A stretch of DNA of 63,317 nt, filler included, from Collodictyon triciliatum (Eukaryota): assembly GCA_043381765.1 (NCBI GenBank). It is 18 parts of 18 records of this genome, joined end to end, with 100 filler letters (N's around TTAATTAATTAA, not from the genome) between each part and the next. Parts side by side here need not be neighbours in the genome. Positions count along the whole stretch, not along the records: positions 49,347 to 52,766 come from JBHJMP010007364.1; positions 52,867 to 56,284 come from JBHJMP010007365.1; positions 56,385 to 59,801 come from JBHJMP010007366.1; positions 59,902 to 63,317 come from JBHJMP010007367.1; 14 more parts are not named here. One strand, 5' to 3'. Of this stretch, positions 52,201 to 63,317 are shown in pieces; position 1 is the stretch's first letter; every line of letters begins with the position of its first letter. The position numbers and the translations under genes were made by a program. Below the pieces are notes generated by a model. The model saw nothing but the letters and a program-made list of their open reading frames with translations. It searched no databases and was not told where the DNA came from.

Positions 52201-53442
52201 CCGTGTTCTTTTCTGAGAGGCATGTAGCAGGAATGGGTCGTTTGAGTGAGATGTTTCATGTAGTGTAGTCAGGAAATGGATTGCGGAGGATGAAAAAATT
52301 ATTAACTTGCTGATTCTTCGTTTTTATGCGTTTCTCAATGTTACAGGTTCTATCCGGGATATCGACCTGAAGAGAGTATGTCGGCCGTGTACCATCTCGT
52401 ATGTACGTGCCTACATGTAGTAGAGTTGCAGAGCGTGGATGTTTGCAATTATTATATCATGTATTTTTTCGGAAAGGAAGTGATGAGATGTTACACGATG
52501 CCCTTCTTATGGCATGTCTGCAAGTGTGTTTCATCCAGAGCTTCAAATATATGGGCGCTTGAATTTGTGTTGTAAGCCCCTCCATATGCACACATCGCTG
52601 TAAGACTCTTTTTATTCCAACATCAATGAAAATATATCGTGTTGTATTAGACACCAAATTGTTCTAGTTTGTCAAACATGGTTTTTCTCACGAGAATAAA
52701 ACTTGTTCCAAAGTTGTATTTCATTTATCTGTCAACGGGAAAACCCTGGTTAGTATAAGGTTAACTNNNNNNNNNNNNNNNNNNNNNNNNNNNNNNNNNN
52801 NNNNNNNNNNTTAATTAATTAANNNNNNNNNNNNNNNNNNNNNNNNNNNNNNNNNNNNNNNNNNNNAAAAAAACCAAAAAAACCAAAAAAACCAAAAAAA
52901 CCAAAAAAACCAAAAAAACCAAAAAAACCAAAAAAACCAAAAAAAAACCAAAAAAAACCAAAAAAAAACCAAAACATGAACCAAATGTTTATGTACATAA
53001 AATGAACTTTACCGACGTAATTTGTTTATTATTTATTTACTTGATTTGATGGCTGGATTATATTATGAAAGATACCGAACAAAAATAAATGTAGAGGCAA
53101 ATATCTAAAGAATATGAAAATGTATGCGCGCATCTATACGTCATCTTTGAGTTATTTCTGCTGATAAAACACACGCATTTACTCCCAGCTGCAGGAGAGC
53201 TGGAGCAAAAAAATCGGCCAACCTACTTCAAAAAGTGCTGAAATCGAAAAGCGCCTGAAAGAATTCCAAGAACGACCCAGCTTCGGCCACGAGCCAACAT
53301 TTGGTGAGAAGCTTCGGGTCAATATAGAACGACTGATCGATGACTTTGCTCCTTCGTTTCCCCTTAAATTGATTTCTTCTTTGTTGTTCCCAATGTTGTC
53401 CTTTTAAATATCTGTATTTACTTGAACACAGGTATTTTCCAG

Positions 53443-55911
53443 CCACTGCTCAACCCATTCCACCCCAAATACAAACCGGCCTTCCGCTATGTTCGGCCAA
53501 CTTCGATTGAATCCAAAACATCCAAGGATGAACCCCAGCAAAGTCATGGCATATCCCACCAGGTTGGCGTATCAGCTGTGCTAGTTTCGCATGGCATTAT
53601 TATTCTGCGTTTACTTCCCTTGTGCCTTGATAATACACCAAAATTTTATCTTTGGAACATTTTTCTCTTTGTCTATGTCTATGTCTATTTCTATGTCTAT
53701 GTCTATGTCTATGTCTATGTCTATGTCTATGTCTATGTCTATGTCTATGTCTATGTCTATGTCTATGTCTATGTCTATGTCTATGTCAATGTCTATGTCT
53801 ATGTCTATGTCTATGTCTATGTCTATGTCTATGTCTATGTCTATGTCTATGTCTATGTCTATGTCTATGTCTATGTCTATGTCTATGTCGATGTTTATGA
53901 CAAAGTTTATGTCCAAATGTCTGCTTACTCCTATATAGATTATGTTAAGTACTTGAGCGTAATGATTATTCTCATGTGGATAGGTGGCTTACGGGACTAA
54001 TCAATACCAACAACAACAACGCCAACATCAACATCAGCACCAACAACATCAACACGAATACCATCATCACCATTATCACCATCCTCATCGTGATGAAACC
54101 CCGCCCAATATGTTTCCCCCGCCCATGCCAAATCCATACGAAGCATATTCGTCTGCACCAGTCGCACCGTACTCATCAATTGCGGAAGAAAATGTCACAG
54201 CACCGCCCATATTTTCTGACCCACCACAAAACAACGTTGGAGGGTTTGGGATGACTGCATTTGCTTCATGTAATAGCGGGTCACCTTATCAATCACATGT
54301 ATCCCAACTTAATTGCGATATTTTCAAGCTGCGTTCAAAAATTTTAAGATTTATCTCTTAACCAATCAAATTATCAATTTTTTTTTCTATCAGATCCAAT
54401 TGAGCCTGTTCAAATGGATGTGATTCCTGAATATTCCAATCATGAAGGTGATGATCATTTTACTTTCATATAACTAGCTATTTACAATATTTTTTTATAA
54501 TGCTACGGTGCATTCGATCTATATCTTATTTCTCTGGCAAAGGTAAAATCTATATGTCAGTGAAATTTCCAATTATGTAGATGCTCCACAAGTCAAGGGA
54601 AGCGAAAATTCACTTTCGCCTGTAATATATCATTCAACAATCCTTCTCTCCTTTTTTTTCCATTCCGATATTACTTGTATAAATGTGTCCTCTTTCTTGA
54701 TTTTATTATTTCTATTACTCTATACTTAATGATTTCGATGATGAACCATTCTTGCCTTTCATTTATTTTATAATTAGAGATCGTTGAAATTATATTGTAT
54801 CTCTATTCCTGTGATGGTAGGAGTTGTATGCATTTTTGCGCTCAAATGGGAAGCCGACTTCGTTTGATGACATCTTTCTAGATTGCGGAATTCGAAGCCT
54901 GACCAACGAGGACATCGCCATTATGGAAAATTACCAGAAGGAAATCCTCACAAACAGTAATAGTGTCCTTACAATTCACTCACAGTCTATTTGGTCAATA
55001 CTGATACAATTATTGCAAAGATATTTATCGTTTCTCAAACGTCTGATATAACCCGCAGGAGTTACCATCTATGACGAAAATGATTGCATCCGACTGCTTC
55101 TTCTGGGATTGTGTATCACTGTCGATTCCTCCTTGAAATCACCTCAGGTATTCTGTTTGGGGCACACCATCACTAACCAATATATTTCTACTTGAAAAAA
55201 TATGTCGCATTTAATTCAATTTTTTCCTTCATCCTCAATCCATCGCCTAGTTGAATCGTCAGATATTTCTCCAACCATTTCACCGACTCGTCATTAAAAA
55301 AAAAGAGGAAAAAAAAAGTAAACAAGAAAACAAGAAAAAAATATTGATTAGCTGTTAGGTTTTCTACGTAGGCCACGACAGAGCCAAGTTAGAACAATTC
55401 TGCCTGATGGTCGGTTTCTATCAATCACGCACATCCATCACCCCTTCGTTAGCCTCTGATGAGAGCACGGTAACTCTACAGACATTTATATCAACAACGA
55501 CGTCAACACCATTATCAACATAAATGAAGTAATAATAGCGACAAGAATACTTATTTAAGAAAAGAGAGGCAATAATGATGAATAAAAGAATCCGACACAC
55601 AAATACACACTCCAGCTAAGACGCAGCAACTAAACTATATGATGCAGAACCTGGGTGAATCATCCATCATCTTCACGCACTGGAACGACATCGACAAACG
55701 CTGCCTCAACTACCTCGACGACATCAAACTTGTCATTCTAGACGATGGCGACACTTTTGTCCGTGAATGTCCGCACGGCTCTGATGACTACGATGCTTTC
55801 GTGGTTCTCCGCACCGATGTGCTTCGCCATGCGCTCTTTGTTGTGGTTTGTTTATTCACCAGGGGAAAAAAAGCCATGCAAAACGACGAATTCTATCACC
55901 TTTTTAAGTGA
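53443..55911 (+). CDS. Q/H/P-rich protein with a degenerate DEAD-box-like RecA domain
   Basis: Exons give SFDDIFL, TVDSSLKSPQ|VFYVGHDRAKLEQF and LDDIKLVILDDGD, colinear with eIF4A-type SFDDM, D..PQALVLAPTRELAQQI and IKxxVLDEAD. Ends are approximate. Confidence 0.5.
53671..53889. repeat. (GTCTAT)n intronic microsatellite
   Basis: About 36 hexamers. Confidence 0.96.
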
Positions 55912-56567
55912 ATCAACTTTCTTTTAACAAAAAACAAAACAAAAACAAAGAAAACTCATTTGGTATGAGAAAACCGCAGAGACAATTGGAATGGAATAAT
56001 AGAGGAAACCTATTTGTCAACCGCATTCTCATTCTGTGCTTTTTGTTGGCCCCAACATCTTAGTTTTCCTCGCCCAATCCCTCGGCAAAGGTGGCACAAT
56101 TCATGACCGAGCTCAACACATAACAATGTCCAAGAGTGTCCGCCAGAATAAAAGAAACCACAAAAAACAAAAAAACAAAACAAAAACAAAACAAAAAACA
56201 AAACAAAAAAAAACAAAAAACAAAAAACAAAAAACAAAAAACAAAAAACAAAAAACAAAAAACAAAAAACAAAAAACAAAAAACNNNNNNNNNNNNNNNN
56301 NNNNNNNNNNNNNNNNNNNNNNNNNNNNTTAATTAATTAANNNNNNNNNNNNNNNNNNNNNNNNNNNNNNNNNNNNNNNNNNNNGAAAATAAGAGAAGAA
56401 AATAAGAGAAGAAAATAAGAGAAGAAAATAAGAGAAGAAAATAAGAGAAGAAAATAAGAGAAGAAAATAAGAGAAGAAAATAAATGCCAACATCTTCACC
56501 ATCCTGCACAAAATCGAAAGGAAGAATAAAAAAAAAAAAAAAAGAGAAGAAAATAAGAGACGAACCT

Positions 56568-59500
56568 GGTAAATGCAATCGAGCCATTGTACAAATATTG
56601 GGGAAAACTCTTTGCTCTCTATGTTTGAAGACTGATTCTGCCCAGAACGCGCAGCAAACTTATGGCTGAATGAAAAGCAGCGGTAAGATATATGCCAAAA
56701 AGGGAATGTAAAGGAATCCAAAGACTATTTTTTTTTTTAAAAAAAAGGAAAGAAAGAAATACATGAAACGGAATAGATATACAAAACAAAACACCAGGAT
56801 TGCATTAATCAATCTAATTGTGAATAACCCAAACACTTTGCGATGATAGAAATGTCATACGATGCAAGAGACTACATAGAGCACGGAGAAATAACATATA
56901 AATGCAAAAGCCCAAACCCGAATGAAAGCCATTCCTTTTCTATGAGACAAATAAAACCGCGAATGGTTCGGAAATAGGGATCCAGAAGAAGCTCAGCTAG
57001 CGAGATTAGTTGTGACGTGCGGTCCCAGCCGTCGCTGCAATGCACGAGTGTGGATGTACTTCTCCCAGCAATCATCTTTACAATCTTACACGTACCGGAA
57101 AGAATATACGATAGGTGGTTCAGCCATCCAGCTGTTTCAAGGTCTGTTAAAAATGTGGGCTTATCCATATCTCCCTCCATTAAATGGCACATGTGGTTGA
57201 AGCTCTTTCTGATTACATGGATGTTCTCTATGTTCTATTTTGAGAAAGATAATAAACGAAAACGAAAAAGAAAAGAGTGATTTTAAAGAGGCCAAATTTA
57301 AAGTCTTAAGAAAAATTTGAAAAGGATACATAAAGGATTTTTTTTCTTCCTTTATTCGATTCAAAGCGAAAAGGAGATATAAATTGATACAAAAAGAAAG
57401 ATAAAGCAAATTAGGCAATCTGTTTGACAAAATTTATCATATATCCCACACGACCCTTTACCATAAAGTCCAACTGAACATCTCGTCTTTGGTCCATTGA
57501 TGGGTTTGTGTATATTACAGGATTTTCGTACCTGAATAAAACGAAATATTCTCCATTAGAATTGTGATGAATCTTCCCCAAATGATTAAATACTGTCTGT
57601 CTCATATAAAGCACTATGATTACCCGGCTCCTTTAAGCGCATTTCCAACAGCATTTTTGAATGGGCGCGCATCAAATATGTAAAATTCCTGTGAACATAT
57701 TTTCTCTTAATTTATGCAAGAACTGCCAAGCACAAAGACATAGTGTAATAATTTTTCAGATACTCGCATATACTTCAAAAGATTACGTTGCCATCGCTGA
57801 AGATATCACTGACTAGCTGTATATCAGCTGCTGAATACCGCCCCATGATGCCGCTCTACCCAAGACATATCATAAATATGACAAGTCTAAATATTTTTTT
57901 TTTTGGTTCAAAGATAAATACGGGCATGCAAAGTAACTGTGCAAACATATTGGAGACAAACCTTCGGCTGGCTTGATCGACAGAGGACTGCTTTGTTTGT
58001 GGGATGCATCCAACAAAGCACAGGGACGCGCTTGCTGGTTCGATACTCAGATGCGTTTATTAAGTCTTGGTCTGTAATTTTTGATGGCGTCTGTGCAAAT
58101 GTAATTCAAAGTTTAAGAATTTTTATTCGGTTAGAGCTGTGTTGAATCAGTACATCAAACAATACCAATAAATTCACAATTATGCACTTACTGCTAGAAT
58201 TCGAGGATAGCTTGCACACATTTCAAAATTGATGTTCACGTGTGTGATTCTCCAACGCTCACAAGGAACTCCGATTCGATTGAGTTCGGTCTCCATATCA
58301 AATAATATACTTGAGTAATGGAAATATGAATGTTAGAGGACACCATGTGACATTATATTTTTTTTATATTGCTCACAAAATATAACACATTAATGTCAAC
58401 ATATCGTCATAAAAATACCCTGGTCTGAAAAGATAGCCATCAACAATAAATTCTTCTTTATTCTTGAAGCAAAAAAGGGTCCCGAATGGATTTGAATGTC
58501 GCGTTGACGGAAAGCACCTTGACTCAAGTACGTTGGCAACCATATCTCTCTCATGCTACGTCAGAAGGCAAAATTCAATCATATATAGTTCTTTACAAAT
58601 TATGGTTTCTATAAGGATATTGTAAAAATTTTTTTTCTTCTTGGAAAGAGAAGTCACCTGAGGCTGGCCAGAGACAAATCCAACAGCCCACCTCTGTCCA
58701 TCTTTACCCATAATTTTAAATGCGGGCAGTCCGTCCAGATGAACATTACCTTCCAATTTCCGTATTGTGGCAAGGGGAATCTGAATAATCGAGTAGTTCA
58801 AATAGAGAGTAGAATCCACAACATGATACAACATACAAGAAAAAAAAATACGAGAGAAAAGACAAGAGAAAAGACAAGAGAAAAGACAAGAGAAAAGACA
58901 AGAGAAAAGACAAGAGAAAAGACAAGAGAAAAGACAAGAGAAAAGACAAGAGAAAAGACAAGAGATAACACAAGAGTACAAACAACTATGATAATACATG
59001 GATGTAAAAGAATATGTGACACAACCCACCTCCACGTTACATTTGGACAAACGTGCGTCATGAACCCGTAGACAAAGACGATAATTCGACATATACAGAC
59101 TTGCCATGATGCGCAGGTTATGTATAAAAAGAACGACAGAGTACCGATGCAGCGTAAAATCTTCTCCGGGCAGAGTCTCGGGCTGGCCTCTGTCAAGAAG
59201 ACGCTGGGGAGCCTTACTGCCCTGGGCATTACCACCCGAGAACCCAGAGAATCGTTCGGCACGTGGGGTTGTGTGGCCCTGTGATGGGACATAAATACCC
59301 GCACTTGATTCGGAGCGGTCCTGCAGGGTCCCAATATGTCCCACAATCATCCATTCTCGCTCCTGCATCACCAGCCACTCAGTCTGATCTGCACCGGGGA
59401 ATTCTAGTGTGGCTGTTGATGGCCGTCTGGACGAGTCGCGTGAGTTTGGGTTGGAATGAGTGGGTGTCAGTGATGCATCGGTAGGCAGTTGTGAGCCTGA

Positions 59501-59689
59501 TGGCGTCCGTGCGATGGACCGGCTAATGTGCGGTGTTGGGTCGCTCCACGGAGAGGCCATTTCGGCGATGGGGCCGTCGCCATGGGATGAGCTTGGAGAC
59601 GAAGCGGATGGCACACTGACTCCAAGCTGGAAGATGGACCAGAAGCTGCCGTGTAGTTCGGGCGTTAGATAGTGGAAGGCAAGTGCCAA
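56568..59689 (-). CDS. MTMR: Myotubularin-family phosphoinositide 3-phosphatase (PH-GRAM + catalytic domain), partial
   Basis: LPGE..LYMSNYRL (GRAM), WRITHVN..CASYP, RVPVLCWMHP..RSSQP, IFDARP, IENIHVI, catalytic VHCSDGWDRT, LLDPYFRTIRGF..EKEWLSFG|HKFAARSG and FSPIFVQWLDC. Confidence 0.95.
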
Positions 59690-60342
59690 CTAGAGGATAC
59701 CATAATAAGGATAAAAGGGAATGAAAAAGAGAATAAAAAAAGAGAATAAAAAAAGAGAATAAAAAAAGAGAATAAAAAAAGAGAATAAAAAAAGAGAATA
59801 ANNNNNNNNNNNNNNNNNNNNNNNNNNNNNNNNNNNNNNNNNNNNTTAATTAATTAANNNNNNNNNNNNNNNNNNNNNNNNNNNNNNNNNNNNNNNNNNN
59901 NCTCTGTGTGCCTCGACAGCCAAGCCGTGGGGATATCAGAAAAAATATATGTGCCGCGGTGTGCTGCAAAGAAATGTCGCCCACAGACTTCAAATGAGTT
60001 TTTCTTTGCGCTTTTTTTTTGTTTTGACAGGTTTGAATCTAGGCTGGGTGCAAATCTTTCAGAAATGTAAAATTCTTCTGTTTATTTTAGTGGCGCTGTT
60101 TTGTTGCAGATGAGCATTCCCGGTTAAGATGGTATGGTCTGGACAGATGCTGTTCTGTTCACACTCTTTTGAGATGCCTGGAGTCTCGATATTTATCCTA
60201 TAACGAATACAGAAATATTAAAGTGAGTATAATCACGCCCTCACCAACAAAATTGTAGTCTCCTGTATTTTTTTTTATTTCCATTCTCTTTCATACGTTT
60301 CTTTTATTATAATGACATCATGTTAACTCAAACAGGTACCAA

Positions 60343-63110
60343 TCATAAGTTGCCCTGGGGTTCAAAGTCTTTGTTGCTACCAAAAGGGTCTGAGTCGAAT
60401 GACGTTTCAAACTTTGCAAAGCTGTCGGCGGTAGGGAAAGTTGGTGAAAAGGTGCCAGAAGCGAACCCCTGGTCAAGTGGGTCCGTGGCTTGGAAAGTCT
60501 CACTAAAGTTGCCACCACCAAAGCTGCTATCAAAGTCAAATGTTGTCTCAAAGGAGCCTGAAGAGGCAAAGGGATTGTCATCGGCAGGTTCTGTAATTTT
60601 GGAGCTTGAATCAGTGTTCCCTGTCAACGGTTGAGGCGAACTTGGCGCTAGTTCGGGCGAGGGGAGGGAAGTTAAGTTAGGTGACAAATCAGCCTTCAAT
60701 AGAGAATCAGGAAACTTTGTATCATCCATGTTTTGGTTCTCAGAAGAATTTGAGAAGTTTGTTATGTTGAAGTGATTTGGAGGCGTGTTCGATGTTTCAA
60801 GAGTGTTCTGAACTAGCTCAGCTGGTTCTTTTTTGACCGTTATTATCTCCACAATCGCGTTTCCCATACTTTCAGCGACAAAGGGGACTACTTCTTCAAG
60901 TGGTTGCAACAACTTAGAAGGAGTTGGGTTTTCTGGAGTGGATGTATCTTTCTTTTTCTTACTGGCAGTGGAGCTGCGTCTACGAGAAGCACTTCTTTCG
61001 CGAGGCAATTCATCGGGGTCAATTACCCTTTGCGAAATGATCTCTATGCGAAGGTCAACATCACTAGGCGAACTTATGCTGCTGTGGTATACAGGTGCCG
61101 ATTCATGATATTCTGCACTAAATGAGGCTGAATCTCTTGGGGAATGCTCTGATTTCCTGTTCTCTCCACGTTCCACCACATTTGCAGAATATACAGGATT
61201 ATTTTCGTTCTGTTTCATATTTTCAGCGATAGGCGCAATGAAAGACTCAAAGCAGCTCGTCTCTGCAAAGGAAGAGAGTGAGTTTGAGTCGAATGCGCTA
61301 TTTGAAGCGATTGCATCTGCTTCCTTCACATTTTCAGTGGCTACCGGCTCAAAGCTCTTCGATTCTCCAAATGTATTCGACTCACCAAACGATGCAGAGA
61401 AGTTTGACTCGAATGCACTATTTGAAGCAATTGCATCTGCTTCCTTTACATCTTCGGAAGCTGCCGGCTCAAAGCTATTCGATTCTCCAAATGTATTTGA
61501 CTCACCAAACGAGGCAGAAAAGTTTGACTCGAATGCACTCTTTAAAGCGAAAGCATCTGCTTCCTTCACATCTTCAGTGGCTGTCGGCTCAAAGCTATTC
61601 GATTCTCCAAATGTATTTGACTCACCAAACGAGGCAGAGAAGTTTGACTCGAATGCACTATTTGAAGCGAAAGCATCTGCTTCCTTCACATTTTCAGTGG
61701 CTGCCGGCTCAAAGCTATTTGAATCTCCAAATGTATTTGACTCACCAAACGAGGCAGAGAAGTTTGACTCGAATGCACTATTTGAAGCGATTGCATCTGC
61801 TTCCTTCACATCTTCAGTGGCTGCTGGCTCAAAGCTATTCGATTCTCCAAATGTATTTGATTCACCAAACGAGGCAGAGAAGTTTGACTCGAATGCACTA
61901 TTTGAAGCGAAAGCATCTGCTTCCTTCACATCTTCAGTGGCTGTCGGCTCAAAGCTATTCGATTCTCCAAATGTATTTGACTCACCAAACAAGGCAGAAA
62001 AGTTTGACTCGAATGCACTATTTGAAGCGAAAGCATCTGCTTCTTTTGCATCTTCAGTGGCTGCTGGCTCAAAGCTATTTGAATCTCCAAATGTATTTGA
62101 CTCAACAAACGAGGCAGAGAAGTTTGACTCGAATGTGGTGCTTGATGGAAATGCACCAGCAGTTTCTTGTAAACCTTGACCTTCAAGCGGAACTGTATCA
62201 AAGGTCACACTACCACTAAATGAAGTAGCAAAAGTATCTTGAATGCTAAGTGTCGTCCGCATTGTTTCGTGGTTTGGAGGATTCTCTACATTTCCATTCC
62301 GACGAGATTCACTCCTAGCAATTCCTTGCTCCGCTAATTCGACAGTCTGGCCTGCTATATTATTTCACGCATTTTTAAAGAAGATTTCAAAAACATAAGG
62401 CAAAATTTCACATGATTCGCATTTATCTCGGCTAAAACCTTCATCAATAGGGTGACTCGACAGAGTGACTCTAGGTAGTGAGTAATAGTAAGAAATTTAA
62501 AAGGACAAGAAAAATCGATAGCTATTTTCTACACAATAGGTAAAACTAACTTGGCTCCTTGAATCTGTTGGCTGTGCATTGTTTGGGAAGAACTTCGAGA
62601 TGCGTAACTTTTTGACATCGGAAGGAAAGAAATCGTAGAGGATAAAATGATGATTATTCCTATCGCGTATATCGCTGCATAAATATGAAATCGTGATAAA
62701 TTGGAGTTTACGTGGGGGTTTCTTTTTCATCTTCACTCGAGCTGTAGAAGTCATCCTTCTTTTTCTTTTTGATAGAACCTAGATTGACAGTGGAACATAA
62801 TGATATATTCGAGTTATTCATTATATTATGCAATAATGGTCATGAATAAGTACTTTTGGGTAGTGGAGCGGGCGACTGTATTCTATTATTAGAGTTAAAA
62901 TTATACGATATACATGCAAAAACACTTCTCATCTATCACAAATTGTAAGAAAGAAGAGTAAAATAGAAGGAAGAGTTCTAAACGAAATGAAAGAGCTCGT
63001 TCTTGTAATAATCGACCAAACAAACTTTGATCCAGGAGGAGGAAGGGCCATAGCAAACTTCGGAATCTCGGCAGGGGTTGTGGATGCAGTCTCTTCCTTC
63101 GACCTGATAG
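60343..63110 (-). CDS. Acidic Ser/Phe-rich protein with 40-aa tandem repeats and NPF/DPF motifs (3' part of a gene)
   Basis: Large exon 60343-62360 with about 7 x 120-bp repeats (ESNFSASFGESNTFGESNSFEPAATEDVKEADAFASNSAF) and C-terminal DDNPFA and SDPFG. Probable small upstream exons. Confidence 0.75.
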
Positions 63111-63194
63111 AAACCTTGATTCTACTAATCCTGATGATTTATTTTACTCAGTAGTGGTAAAATATTGATAAGTAACAACAACAATAATAACAAC

Positions 63195-63317
<123 letters not shown>

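Noticed and set aside
53422-54000. ORFs with poly-VY/MS/DI/CL (also poly-Y/N/I/K/FV ORFs elsewhere)
   Set aside because: Translations of microsatellites, mostly intronic or at contig ends.
61238-62219. Two 313-aa plus-strand ORFs
   Set aside because: Antisense shadows of the 120-bp coding repeat; they end with the repeat region.

Overview
Eukaryotic, intron-rich, probably protist draft sequence. It consists of 18 contigs of about 3.4 kb joined by an artificial 100-nt spacer (44 N + TTAATTAATTAA + 44 N), so adjacency across gaps is not genomic. Most contigs end in microsatellites. Recognisable genes or fragments: a fused YeeE/YedE sulfur transporter, a signal-peptide WD40 protein, a CTL/PNS1 transporter, a MIR-less protein O-mannosyltransferase, GT61-like and GT92-like glycosyltransferases, an LRR protein, an HMG-box protein, a dCache receptor, a degenerate DEAD-box-like protein, myotubularin and two repeat proteins. 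Mobile DNA includes a Ty3/gypsy 5' LTR-PBS-gag, two LINE ORF1 copies and a kinase pseudogene. The standout is a decayed Fanzor1 (eukaryotic TnpB-like RNA-guided nuclease) at about 39746-41574, followed directly by a strongly base-paired candidate omegaRNA at about 41640-41790. All family assignments come from manual translation and motif recognition. No database search was run.
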